Assembly (NCBI GenBank): GCA_903945435.1
Contig: CAJAVM010000003.1
Span: 1,352 to 65,351, forward strand
Length of the DNA stretch: 64,000 bases
Direction of reading: 5' to 3'
Origin: an uncultured bacterium
GTDB lineage: Bacteria > Patescibacteriota > Patescibacteriia > Patescibacteriales > UBA12465
Of this stretch, positions 20,701 through 29,411 are shown in pieces. Below the pieces are notes generated by a model. That model was not told where the DNA came from, did not search any database, and was given only the letters and a program-made list of their open reading frames with translations. Numbering within the stretch: position 1 is the first letter of the stretch; the number at the start of each line of letters is the position of its first letter. The position numbers and the translations under genes are program-made.

Positions 20701-21396
20701 CCGTTTGTTGCTGGCTACGCTATCCCGATTATTAGTCTAGCTGGTCATAAAGGTGATGATAGAATTATTATGGCCGGGGTAATCGCTACTATTAAAAAAA
20801 TCATTACTCGAAAAGGGGAATCGATGATTTTTGTAAAAATTGAAGATGCGGTTGCTTCAACAGAAATTTTAGTTTTTCCTAGACTCTATAAAGAAACCAT
20901 GGAACTCTGGCAGGAGGGAAGAACGGTTATAATTGAAGGAAAGGCTTCCGAAAAGGATAGTGATTTAAAAATTTTAGCTAATCGCGCCATTATCTTAGAT
21001 TTTAATAATCCCCAAAAATCTGTTGATGATTTTAAAAGATTAATGTTAGAGTCGCCAACTCCAATTCGTCGTACATTTGGAAATGGTAGTTATCCATCAT
21101 CAGCAAAAAAGACAACTACATCTGCGGCCCCCTTAAAAATAAGTCCAACCCCTGCTCCAGTGATGCCATCCATCAACCCTTTGTTATTAGTTTTTTTGAA
21201 AGACTTAACAGCTAATGATTTAAATGAAATGCGTCAGTTGTTTTCTTCTTTTCCGGGAGAACAAGAAGTTTATTTTAGAATTATAGAAGCGGGAAAATAT
21301 AAAATTATTAAAACTGCATTTAGAGTTTTAAATGATGAGCTATTAAAAACAGAAATTAAAGAAAAATTTTCTTCTACAATCAAGATTGCCGGCTAA
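17788..21396 (+). CDS. dnaE: DNA polymerase III alpha subunit
   Basis: N-terminal PHP domain (FVHLHNHTHYSLLDG). 1202 aa. Conserved PolIIIa core and C-terminal OB region. Confidence 0.9.
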   Translation: MSFVHLHNHTHYSLLDGLTKLDEMVNYAKEQGSPAVAITDHGSMYGVIEFYQKAKKAGIKPIVGVEAYLAPGSRFDKNTREDGRSNHLLLLAKNNVGYKNLIKLVSKAYIEGFYYKPRIDWDLLVEFHEGIIASTACLAGEIPRLIMSDKLAEAEKRILEYNTLFGQDNFYLELMDHPEIPELEKVNAELIKFSKKLKIPVIATNDVHYFKKEDAEAQDILLCLQNKKKITDTDRMKMLGHGDYSMRSNAEMIEAFKHIPEAIENTLKIAEMCNVEIALGEIQLPHFEVPDGYDGNSYLKEWCEKGILKRYPGKPDSELKEVYERLEYELSVITKMGWPSYFLIVADFINWAKDNKIVVGPGRGSAAGSLVCYLTGITNLDPLEYNLLFERFLNPERISMPDIDMDFADIRRGEVLNYVGEKYGQDHVAQIITFGTMAARAAVRDVGRVLDEPYDYCDKISKSIPMFTKLEEAIRTVPELKEMYNNEAAAKRILDYAKRLEGVARHASTHACGVLITDQPLTEYVPIQHASSADESVISQYSLHPIEDLGLLKMDFLGLKNLTIIESALKIIKNTRGLDIDIDKIPLNDENTYKLFQAGETTGVFQFESSGMKRYLRDLKPTIFEDIIAMVALYRPGPMEWIPDYIAGKHKIKKVAYLHPKLESILENTYGVAIYQEQVMQIARDLAGFTMGQADVLRKAMGKKIVSLLAEQKEKFVEGCVKNGVYKELAEKVFSFIEPFAGYGFNRSHAACYAMIGYQTAYLKAHWPVEFMAALLTSDQGDTDRIAIEIEECRNMGIKIMAPDVNESFGTFTVVTAGTKENKIVAPDEKVDTIRFGLKAIKNVGEHIVDALIKERKENGIYLDIFNLLERVTDRDLNKKSLESLVKSGAMDGFGTRGSLLANMEKFLNFNKEEAKNKDSLQASLFGELKTEDKSRPILKDAADAEQNEKLTWEKELLGLYVSEHPFNYFKPFVAGYAIPIISLAGHKGDDRIIMAGVIATIKKIITRKGESMIFVKIEDAVASTEILVFPRLYKETMELWQEGRTVIIEGKASEKDSDLKILANRAIILDFNNPQKSVDDFKRLMLESPTPIRRTFGNGSYPSSAKKTTTSAAPLKISPTPAPVMPSINPLLLVFLKDLTANDLNEMRQLFSSFPGEQEVYFRIIEAGKYKIIKTAFRVLNDELLKTEIKEKFSSTIKIAG

Positions 21397-21491
21397 AGTA
21401 ATTGTTTTGATTTTAATTTTTTGCTATAATGAAGTAGACTATAAAAAGTTAACTTCATTTTTGTTATAAATTTTAAATTCTCTTTTATCTT

Positions 21492-23078
21492 ATGCCAAGA
21501 CCAAGAAAAACCGAGCTCGTTTCGGCTTCGTCTCCCGTGATTAAGGCTAAAAAAATTATTAAAAAGCCAATTAAAAAAGCTGCGCCTATTAAAAAAGCGA
21601 AGCCTGTTATTATTGATGTAATTGAAGATGATGACGATGATATTATAAATAGTAGTAACTTTTTTTCTGATGAGTCTCTTGCTAAAAGTAAGTTTGCAAC
21701 TACAGTCGAGTCGCATCAGGCTCAAAATAAAGTAGAAATAAACAATGAAGATATTGAGAGTTTAGAAAAATGGGAAACTCCAGAACAAAATAAACTTGAT
21801 GATACTATGAGTTTAGAAGAAGATAATCATGATATTCAAAAAAAGTTTTTTTCTGATTTAGCCTCTGAGATGAAAAATAAAAATACAGAAAATAGTTTTC
21901 CTGTAAAAAATGATACCCCGTTCACAGATAGGGTTAATAATATGCCTCCTCGAAAAAGCGTGGGGCTTTATCGTCGTTTAGCTTGGAAATTTTTAATGAT
22001 GGTTGGGTTATTGGCATTATTAGTTCTATATTTTTCTTTTTCTAAATTAACCGTTTTAATTACGCCTGAAGTTGAAGCAATGAGTGATACTTTATTTATG
22101 CGAGTTGGTAATGAAACCGCTACTTCTAGTACGGAGGTAAGTGATCCTAGAGAAAAAGTGAGTGGTTCCGTTAATGAATTTGAGGTAGAGGTCGAAAAAA
22201 CTTACGATGCTCAGGGTAGTGAAACTTTAGGTGAAGACTTAAGCGGTAAGGTAACAATTATTAATAATTATATTAAATCACAGCAGTTAATTGCTACTAC
22301 AAGACTATTATCAAGCGATAATAAATTATTTCGACTGAAAGAAGCGGTTAATATTCCAGCTGGTGGTAAGGTAGAGGTCGAAGTATATGCTGATAAAGTT
22401 TCTGCTGATATGGCTATTGAGCCTACTCATTTTACTATTCCAGGACTTTGGGTTGGTCTTCAAGATAAAATCTATGCTGAAAGCGAAGAGGCCTTTGTTT
22501 ATGGTGAAAAACAACGGCAATATGTTAGAGTTGTAGATATCCAAGCGGCAACTGATGATATTCAAGAATTACTTTTAAAGAAAGCGGAAGAAAATAAAAC
22601 ATTACGAAGTCAAGATGAGGTTTTATATCAAGTATTAGAACCAGGAACTACCACTGTTAGCGCTAAAGCGGGTGATAAAGTTAGTAAATTTATAGTCAAA
22701 GCTAAAGCGAAAGTAGTAGCAGTGGCTTTCTCTAGAGAGGAATCTGCTAAATTAGCTTCAGCTAAACTTAATATATTGGTTCCTGATGATAAAGAATTAG
22801 CTGAGTTTAAAACCGAAAGTTTATCATATTCTTTAGAAAACTATGATGAAAAAAATAAAGTAGCAACCGTTAAAGCTTCTTTTTCGGGTTTAATGTTGCT
22901 CAAGAGTGATGCTAATATTATCGACAGAACTCGTTTGGTTAATTTAAATGCTGAGCAAATTTCTGCTTATTTAAGTGATTATCCCGAAATAGGGAATTAT
23001 GAACTTAAGTTTTATCCATCTTTTGTAAAAAGGGCTCCGAATTTAGTAGATAGAATAGAAGTTAAAATTAAGAATTAA
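21492..23078 (+). CDS. hypothetical membrane-anchored protein with lysine-rich N-terminus
   Basis: 528 aa. The N-terminus is basic and K-rich, with an acidic DDDDD run. One TM helix (FLMMVGLLALLVLYFSF), then a large beta-rich domain. Confidence 0.4.
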   Translation: MPRPRKTELVSASSPVIKAKKIIKKPIKKAAPIKKAKPVIIDVIEDDDDDIINSSNFFSDESLAKSKFATTVESHQAQNKVEINNEDIESLEKWETPEQNKLDDTMSLEEDNHDIQKKFFSDLASEMKNKNTENSFPVKNDTPFTDRVNNMPPRKSVGLYRRLAWKFLMMVGLLALLVLYFSFSKLTVLITPEVEAMSDTLFMRVGNETATSSTEVSDPREKVSGSVNEFEVEVEKTYDAQGSETLGEDLSGKVTIINNYIKSQQLIATTRLLSSDNKLFRLKEAVNIPAGGKVEVEVYADKVSADMAIEPTHFTIPGLWVGLQDKIYAESEEAFVYGEKQRQYVRVVDIQAATDDIQELLLKKAEENKTLRSQDEVLYQVLEPGTTTVSAKAGDKVSKFIVKAKAKVVAVAFSREESAKLASAKLNILVPDDKELAEFKTESLSYSLENYDEKNKVATVKASFSGLMLLKSDANIIDRTRLVNLNAEQISAYLSDYPEIGNYELKFYPSFVKRAPNLVDRIEVKIKN

Positions 23079-23104
23079 GTTACAAGTATTAAGTCTAGTT
23101 TTTC

Positions 23105-23138
23105 AAAAACGCTTCCAACCGGAAGCGTTTTTATTTTT
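23105..23138. terminator. bidirectional terminator between convergent genes
   Basis: aaacgcttcc-aacc-ggaagcgttt, flanked by an A-run and a T-run. Confidence 0.45.
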
Positions 23139-23172
23139 ATATTTAAATTATTTAAAATGCTTTAAAGTTTAA

Positions 23173-24126
23173 TTAAAATAAACCAAGAAATTTTCCGTTT
23201 GTTTTTTGTTTGGTGATATGCTTATTTAAAAATATTTTTTCAGCTTCTGCTAGGGTTACATTCTTGATGATTAACGCGCTGATGGCACGAGCTAATCTTA
23301 CGGCTTCTTCTAGTGGGCGTTGATGTAGATTTCTACCGATTGCTAGTCCTGAGCTTTTACTGATTTCTAATTGTAGATTTAAAAAAGCAAGTAATTCTTT
23401 GGCTGGCTGTTTGCTTCCGCCAACACAAATAATTTTTGCACGTCCCGCCGCCTCAGTTACTTCCTTAAATTTCTTAGCGGCTAGCTTTTTATCTTTAAGC
23501 CCGTAAGGATATTTTACTTTAATAAAATCAGCGTCTAAACAGGCAGCAACTCCAGCGGCGCCAGCAATAGTATGAACATCTTCTTCTTTAATATCTTTTC
23601 CACGTGGATAAATCCAAATAATAGCCGCTAAACCAGCTTGATGAGCTTGAAAAATAGATTTGGCGGCCTGAGCAAGCATTTTTGCTTCATATTTACCGCC
23701 TAAATAAACCGTATAACCAATTCCGACAATCTTAAGGCCACTTTGTTTTTTAAAATCAACAATATTTTCTACCTTCCAAAATGGTTTGCTGGAATCCTGC
23801 TCTTCTTTAGTATTTAAATTTGTTTTACCATTAATTTTAACTATGTAGGGAAGATTACGATAATTTTTTCCGTACTTAGATATTAAGCCCAGATGAGTTG
23901 CTAAAACTCCCCCTTCTGAAGCAGCTGCAATTTTAAATAGATGTTCAGGGTTATTATCTTCGAGTGATATTTTTGCTCCATAGAAATCATCATTAAGATG
24001 TTCTACCTTCTGATCACCAGCAATCAAAAATAAATTTCCAGAGCCACCGGTCATAAGAGATATATTTTTTAAATATTCAACCCTTTTTTCGGGTTTAACA
24101 CTAAAAGGAACTAAAAAATCTTTCAT
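23173..24126 (-). CDS. class I fructose-bisphosphate aldolase, DhnA/archaeal type (aldolase superfamily)
   Basis: 317 aa. The TIM-barrel-like pattern and the DADFIKVKYP motif (candidate Schiff-base lysine) match the DhnA/FbaB family. The call rests on motif recollection only. Confidence 0.45.
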   Translation of the reverse strand: MKDFLVPFSVKPEKRVEYLKNISLMTGGSGNLFLIAGDQKVEHLNDDFYGAKISLEDNNPEHLFKIAAASEGGVLATHLGLISKYGKNYRNLPYIVKINGKTNLNTKEEQDSSKPFWKVENIVDFKKQSGLKIVGIGYTVYLGGKYEAKMLAQAAKSIFQAHQAGLAAIIWIYPRGKDIKEEDVHTIAGAAGVAACLDADFIKVKYPYGLKDKKLAAKKFKEVTEAAGRAKIICVGGSKQPAKELLAFLNLQLEISKSSGLAIGRNLHQRPLEEAVRLARAISALIIKNVTLAEAEKIFLNKHITKQKTNGKFLGLF

Positions 24127-24219
24127 ATATATTTATAAATTATGGCTAATATGCTATTATTATATTAAGTATTATAATTTTTAGAGTTAACTTTGATATA
24201 AAATTATTATAACATATTT

Positions 24220-25110
24220 ATGATAAAAGATGAAAATAAAAAAGATTCAGATTTAAACTCCTATCGAGATTTAGATGGTCTAACTTTAAGAGAAATGAAT
24301 GCTGGTTTATGGTTGTCTGAACATCGTAAGCTAATAACTAAAGCAATCACAATTTTTCTGATTATTATTTCAGCATTTTTTTTCATATATTCTTCATACG
24401 GTTACATAATATATTTCATAAACGGAAAGATCGATAACCAGGAAGAGGTTCAGGTTTTATCACCTAGAAATGTAGTTGCCCCTATAGAAGTTGCGCCAAT
24501 AGAGGTTTTTAAAAGTGGTGAAAAATATGATTTAGCTGTTCGTGTGAAAAATCCAAACGATAATTTTTCAGCTGAATTTAGTTATTGTATAAATCAGGGT
24601 GATGCTGAAGTATATTGTGATGAGGGTTTTATGTTGCCTTTAGATAATAAATATCTTTTAGCTTTAGCAACTACTGTTAATCCCACAAACGCAAATCTTG
24701 TATTTACTATTAAAGATATATTTTGGGTTCGTACTAATCGTAAGGAAATTCCTGATTGGAACGCCTTTTTACTAGAGCGGGTTAATTTTGAAATTGCAGA
24801 AGTAAAATTCTTAAGCGCTTCAAAAAGTGGTTTATCTGAGAATCTAAGACTTAATAGTTTAGAATTTAATGCTCTCAACCTTACGCCATACTCATATTAT
24901 CAAGTACCGTTTAATATATTTTTTTATGCTGGATCTGAATTGGTCGGCGTAGAGCGTCACGTAGCAACCGATGTAATGGCGGGTGAAAATCGTCAGATAA
25001 AAATTAGTTGGTCTGGTGATCTGGGTAATGTTAGTCGGATTGAGATAATTCCACAGATTAACGTAAATGATAAAGACGTATATTCTAAATATCAGGGACT
25101 AGGTCAGTAG
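24220..25110 (+). CDS. hypothetical membrane-anchored protein (immediately upstream of FtsW/RodA)
   Basis: 296 aa with a single TM helix after a charged N-terminus. Its stop lies 1 bp before the FtsW/RodA start. Confidence 0.4.
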   Translation: MIKDENKKDSDLNSYRDLDGLTLREMNAGLWLSEHRKLITKAITIFLIIISAFFFIYSSYGYIIYFINGKIDNQEEVQVLSPRNVVAPIEVAPIEVFKSGEKYDLAVRVKNPNDNFSAEFSYCINQGDAEVYCDEGFMLPLDNKYLLALATTVNPTNANLVFTIKDIFWVRTNRKEIPDWNAFLLERVNFEIAEVKFLSASKSGLSENLRLNSLEFNALNLTPYSYYQVPFNIFFYAGSELVGVERHVATDVMAGENRQIKISWSGDLGNVSRIEIIPQINVNDKDVYSKYQGLGQ

Positions 25111-25111
25111 T

Positions 25112-26218
25112 ATGCTTAATCGTTTAAAGGCTCATCTATATAAGTTTGATTGGATAATTATGGCTGCAGTTTTGCTGTTGGTCACTTTTGGTTTAGTAGA
25201 AATATATAGCGTTGCTTTAGGGCGAGAAAGTCTAGATTTATTAAATTTTCGCAAACAAATATTTTTTGCTGTTTTAGGATTTGTTCTATTATTTACCTTT
25301 TCTTTTGTTGACTATTACTTTTTAAAAAGTGTAAGTCGCTATTTGTTTTTCTTTGGAATTTTTCTTTTAGTCTCAGTTTTAATTTTTGGTGATACTGTTC
25401 GTGGAACCAAAGGGTGGTTTAATTTTGCAGGATTTAGTCTTCAGCCAGTAGAATTTATTAAAATTATTCTAATTTTATTCTTAGCTAATTATTTCTCTGG
25501 CTTAGCAATTAAAGTGAAAACGGTAAAACATTTTTTTGCTTCAGTTGCTTATACATTAGTATTTGTAGGTTTGGTTTTATTGCAGCCAGACTTTGGTTCA
25601 GCACTTATGCTTAGCTCTATTTGGTTGGTATTAATTATGGCGGCTGATTTTAATTTAAAATATTTTTTAGCTATTGGGTTAGCGGGTATCATTATTTTTA
25701 CTTCAGCTTGGTTTTTCTTTTTTAAGGATTACCAAAAGGAGCGAATTATGACACTTATTTCTCCGACAGCTGATTCTTTAGAATCTGGTTACAATAGCTC
25801 ACAAGCCATTATAGCGATTGGGTCTGGCGGTTTAATGGGTAAGGGTGTAGGTTTTGGCTCTCAATCACAGTTAAAATTCTTACCTGAGGCCCAAAATGAC
25901 TTCATTTTTGCTGTTATTGCCGAGGAGTTAGGCTTTTTAGGGGTTTTCTTGGTATTGGGGTTTTATTTTATTCTTTTCTTTCGTTGTTTTAACGTTTTAA
26001 AGAAAATTAACAATGATTTCGGAATTTATTGCCTAATTGGAGCTAGCGGCTTGATTTTTATTCAAATGTTTATTAATATTGGTATGAACTTAGGCATCAT
26101 GCCAGTTGTTGGTTTGCCACTACCTTTTATCAGCTATGGCGGGAGCTCGCTCCTATCCCTGATGATACTTGTTGGTATAATGCAAAATATTATTATTAAA
26201 TCAAAAACTAGATACTAA
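25112..26218 (+). CDS. SEDS-family peptidoglycan glycosyltransferase FtsW/RodA
   Basis: Polytopic protein. Conserved FLPEAQNDFIFAVIAEELGFLGV and PLPFISYGGSS motifs. Confidence 0.8.
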   Translation: MLNRLKAHLYKFDWIIMAAVLLLVTFGLVEIYSVALGRESLDLLNFRKQIFFAVLGFVLLFTFSFVDYYFLKSVSRYLFFFGIFLLVSVLIFGDTVRGTKGWFNFAGFSLQPVEFIKIILILFLANYFSGLAIKVKTVKHFFASVAYTLVFVGLVLLQPDFGSALMLSSIWLVLIMAADFNLKYFLAIGLAGIIIFTSAWFFFFKDYQKERIMTLISPTADSLESGYNSSQAIIAIGSGGLMGKGVGFGSQSQLKFLPEAQNDFIFAVIAEELGFLGVFLVLGFYFILFFRCFNVLKKINNDFGIYCLIGASGLIFIQMFINIGMNLGIMPVVGLPLPFISYGGSSLLSLMILVGIMQNIIIKSKTRY

Positions 26219-26222
26219 AATT

Positions 26223-26846
26223 ATGGAATTAACATTATTAGCACAAAAGCGCGAAAAGAATGAAAAATTGGATAAAGATTCGTTAGCTGCGGTTGTATAT
26301 GGAAAAGGAATTGAAGCTCAAAGTTTAAAATTAAAAAAAGCTGATTTTGAAAAAGTATTTGCCGCTGCTGGCGAATCAAATTTAATTAAGCTTGATCTAG
26401 GAACTAGCTCCGTTAATGTTGTTGTTAAAGATTTACAAAAAGATGCTATAAAAAATTTCTTTACCCATGTTGATTTTTATCAAGTAAACATGAAGGAAAA
26501 AATTACTGCAGAAATTCCTTTGCACTTTATTGGCGAATCTAAGGCTGTTAAAGAATTGGGCGGAATGTTAAATAAAGAAATGCATGAAGTTGAAGTAGAA
26601 TGTTTACCTGGAGATTTAGTTGATCATATTGAAATTGATATTTCTGTTTTAAATACTTTTGATGACGAAATTAGAATGAAAGACCTAAAACTTCCTAAGG
26701 GTGTAGAGCTTGTTTCAGAAACAGACGATATTATCGCTATGATTATGAGGCCAAAACTTGAAGAAGAAGAACCAGCTGTCTCTGCTTCAGTCACGGCCGC
26801 TACTCCTGCTGCTGCAACTCCAGCCACTCCAGCACCTAAGAAATAA
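26223..26846 (+). CDS. rplY: 50S ribosomal protein L25 / general stress protein Ctc
   Basis: N-terminal L25 fold sequence (LLAQKREKNEKLDKDSLAAVVYGKG). C-terminal A/P/T-rich tail. Confidence 0.75.
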   Translation: MELTLLAQKREKNEKLDKDSLAAVVYGKGIEAQSLKLKKADFEKVFAAAGESNLIKLDLGTSSVNVVVKDLQKDAIKNFFTHVDFYQVNMKEKITAEIPLHFIGESKAVKELGGMLNKEMHEVEVECLPGDLVDHIEIDISVLNTFDDEIRMKDLKLPKGVELVSETDDIIAMIMRPKLEEEEPAVSASVTAATPAAATPATPAPKK

Positions 26847-26865
26847 TTTCTTTCTCAATCTATAT

Positions 26866-26899
26866 AAAAAAGAGCTTTCTTGCGAAGGCTCTTTTTTTG
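26866..26899. terminator. bidirectional terminator between rplY and prmC
   Basis: aaaaagagc...gctcttttttt hairpin. Confidence 0.4.
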
Positions 26900-26909
26900 G
26901 TTTTTATTT

Positions 26910-27767
26910 TTATTGGTTAATTTCTACTATAGCGAAGCGATTATTTTTTCTTAAATCTTTTATTATCTTAAGTCGACTCTTTAACAATTGTTTCTTAATT
27001 ATTTCTTTTATTTCTTTAGTTTGCTCTGGGTCAATTTCTAGAATTAAGAATAGGGAAGTAAATTTTATTTTTTTTAAATCTTTCAATAATTGTCTATAAT
27101 ATTTTAGACCATCTTTTCCAGCTTCAAGAGCTAATTTAGGCTCGCAACTAATACTTGGTTCTGCTTTTACCTGAGCAGGAGTTAAATATGGTAAATTAGC
27201 CGCTATTACTAAATTTTGTCCGATTAAGTTTTCCGACTTTAGGGAATTTAATAAATCGCTTTTAATGAAGCTAATTTTCTTATCTAATTTTTGTTGTTGA
27301 GCATTTTGCCTTGCTACTTTTAAGGCCGCCCTAGAAATATCTAAAGCAGTAAAAGAATGTTGTTCATATTTCACTGGGTATTTTAGTAAACAATTTTTTG
27401 CTAAAGAAACTATAATAGCGCCAGAGCCAGTCCCGATATCTATAAAAGATAGTTTTTCAGTTTGAACCTTAATTTGTTCTAATAAAATATCAACTATCAT
27501 TTCCGTTTCTGGGCGGGGAACTAGAACGTTTTTATTGACTTGAAAGTCTAAGCCATAAAACTCTTTACTCCCGGTTATATAAGAAATCGGCCAATTAGCT
27601 AGTCTTTTTTTCTCAGCCAACGTAAAAGCACGAGTTTGAGTTGTTGTAACTTTATATTCCGGATGGATAATAATAAATTCTCGTTCTTTTTTTAATATAA
27701 AAGCGATAAGTATTTCGGCTTCTAAATGAGAAAGGGATGATTGTTGAATTATTTGTTTTAAATTCAT
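26910..27767 (-). CDS. prmC: release factor glutamine N5-methyltransferase PrmC/HemK
   Basis: SAM motif DIGTGSGAI. NPPY-type motif variant ANLPY. It overlaps the prfA stop by 4 bp, a common prfA-prmC arrangement. Confidence 0.75.
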   Translation of the reverse strand: MNLKQIIQQSSLSHLEAEILIAFILKKEREFIIIHPEYKVTTTQTRAFTLAEKKRLANWPISYITGSKEFYGLDFQVNKNVLVPRPETEMIVDILLEQIKVQTEKLSFIDIGTGSGAIIVSLAKNCLLKYPVKYEQHSFTALDISRAALKVARQNAQQQKLDKKISFIKSDLLNSLKSENLIGQNLVIAANLPYLTPAQVKAEPSISCEPKLALEAGKDGLKYYRQLLKDLKKIKFTSLFLILEIDPEQTKEIKEIIKKQLLKSRLKIIKDLRKNNRFAIVEINQ

Positions 27768-28816
27768 TGTTTTTTTGATTCTTCTTTAGCGGCTTTTTTA
27801 AGAGAAGTTACTATTTCATCAATTTCTCCGTCCATTAAACGAGTAATGCTATGCCAAGAAGTATTAATTCTATGGTCAGTAACTCTATCTTGAGGAAAAT
27901 TATAGGTTCTTATTTTATCAGACCTATCACCGCCGCCAACTTGGATTTTGCGAGCACTAGACTCTGATTGCATTCTTTCTTCTTCTTGCTTTGCTAGTAA
28001 ACGAGAACGAAGAACTTGAAAGGCCTTTTCTTTATTTTGATGCTGAGATTTTTGGTCCTGACAACTTACTGTAGTTCCGGTTGGGATGTGAAAGAGTCTA
28101 ATAGCAGAATAGGTTGTATTTACACTTTGTCCACCCGGCCCACTCGAGCAAAAGGTATCAATACGAACATCGCTTAACTTAATTTCAACATCAACTTCTT
28201 CGGCTTCCGGTAGAACAACTACAGTTGACGTTGAAGTGTGCACACGGCCTTGTTTTTCTGTTTCTGGAACACGCTGTACACGATGAGTTCCTGCTTCAAA
28301 CTTTAACAGGCCATAAGCCCCTTCGCCCTTTGCAGTAAAAATAATTTCCTTATAACCACCAATTCCCAAAGTGCTTGAATCAATAAGTTCCATCTTCCAA
28401 CCCTTTCTTTCACAAAATCGAGCATACATTCTAAATAAATCTCCAGCAAATAAAGCTGCTTCATCTCCTCCGGCCCCAGCTCTAATTTCAATAATTGCGT
28501 GTTTTTTATCATTCGGACTTGAGGGATTAACCTCTTCTTCAATATCATCCTGTAGTTTAATGGCCTTTTCTTCTAAATTAACTAATTCTTCTTCAGCCAT
28601 GGCTTGTAATTCGGAGTCCTTTTCGTTATTCATTATTTCCTTATTTTCTTGAATACTTTGATTTGTTTTTTCTAAATCCAAAATCATTGAAACTGCTCTA
28701 CGCAATCCGGCGTGTTCTTGAGAAATTTTTATCATTGCCGCCTGGTCCTTCATTAAGTCGGGATTTGATAATTTTTGTTCAATTTCAGCAAATTGTTGTT
28801 TAATATTTTCGTACAT
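27764..28816 (-). CDS. prfA: peptide chain release factor 1
   Basis: GGQ motif (SGPGGQSVNTT) and a P-x-T tripeptide (PET) characteristic of RF1. Confidence 0.85.
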   Translation of the reverse strand: MYENIKQQFAEIEQKLSNPDLMKDQAAMIKISQEHAGLRRAVSMILDLEKTNQSIQENKEIMNNEKDSELQAMAEEELVNLEEKAIKLQDDIEEEVNPSSPNDKKHAIIEIRAGAGGDEAALFAGDLFRMYARFCERKGWKMELIDSSTLGIGGYKEIIFTAKGEGAYGLLKFEAGTHRVQRVPETEKQGRVHTSTSTVVVLPEAEEVDVEIKLSDVRIDTFCSSGPGGQSVNTTYSAIRLFHIPTGTTVSCQDQKSQHQNKEKAFQVLRSRLLAKQEEERMQSESSARKIQVGGGDRSDKIRTYNFPQDRVTDHRINTSWHSITRLMDGEIDEIVTSLKKAAKEESKKQ

Positions 28817-28931
28817 ATTTTTCGGGATTCATTTTACTAATGCTAAATTCTTCTATCAAAAAAGCAATCAGTTATAATTATTTTAGCATAAATACGTCAA
28901 ATAATTAAAGATGATTGCTTTTTTGGTCTAG

Positions 28932-29264
28932 CTATTTTTTGTTTAGTTGTACTTGAGCGATTTTTTTTATATCTTTTGTTTTAACAACTACTTCCTTTTT
29001 AGCCTTTTCTTCAGCTCTCTTGGCACGCTTTACTTTCTTGCCTTTTTTATCAGCAGAACCAGTTTTAGCTTGAATTTTAGCTTCAAATTTTTCAACACGG
29101 CGAGCAGTATCAACTAGCTTCTGTTTACCAGTGTAAAAAGGATGACAAGCTGAACAAAGTTCAACTTTAATTTCCGGTTCAGTAGAACCGGTTGTAAAAG
29201 TATTACCACAAACACAAGAAACCTTGCAGTCTGCATAATATTTTGGATGGATATTATTTTTCAT
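28932..29264 (-). CDS. rpmE: 50S ribosomal protein L31 with lysine-rich C-terminal extension
   Basis: Begins [10 protein letters not shown] and carries CxxC...CxxC zinc-ribbon cysteines (CVCGNTF...[10 protein letters not shown]). Confidence 0.8.
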   Translation of the reverse strand: MKNNIHPKYYADCKVSCVCGNTFTTGSTEPEIKVELCSACHPFYTGKQKLVDTARRVEKFEAKIQAKTGSADKKGKKVKRAKRAEEKAKKEVVVKTKDIKKIAQVQLNKK

Positions 29265-29411
29265 AGTAAATAAAAAAAATTTTATTGATATTTAATAAAA
29301 TTTCAACTATTAGTTATTTTTCTTTTATGGTATTATTATGCTATCATAACTTTTAAATTTAATCAATAGTCTGATATAATAAGGTTGACCAGGAGCTAGA
29401 ACTTCGGAATT

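Noticed and set aside
21393-21725. 110 aa minus-strand ORF spanning the dnaE stop and the start of the 21492..23078 gene
   Set aside because: It overlaps two same-region + strand genes. Its composition is low-complexity (N/I/F-rich) and it has no motifs.
26758-27099. 113 aa + strand ORF overlapping the 3' end of rplY and antisense to prmC
   Set aside because: It lies antisense to a well-supported prmC gene. The sequence is low-complexity and leucine-rich, typical of antisense translation of AT-rich DNA.
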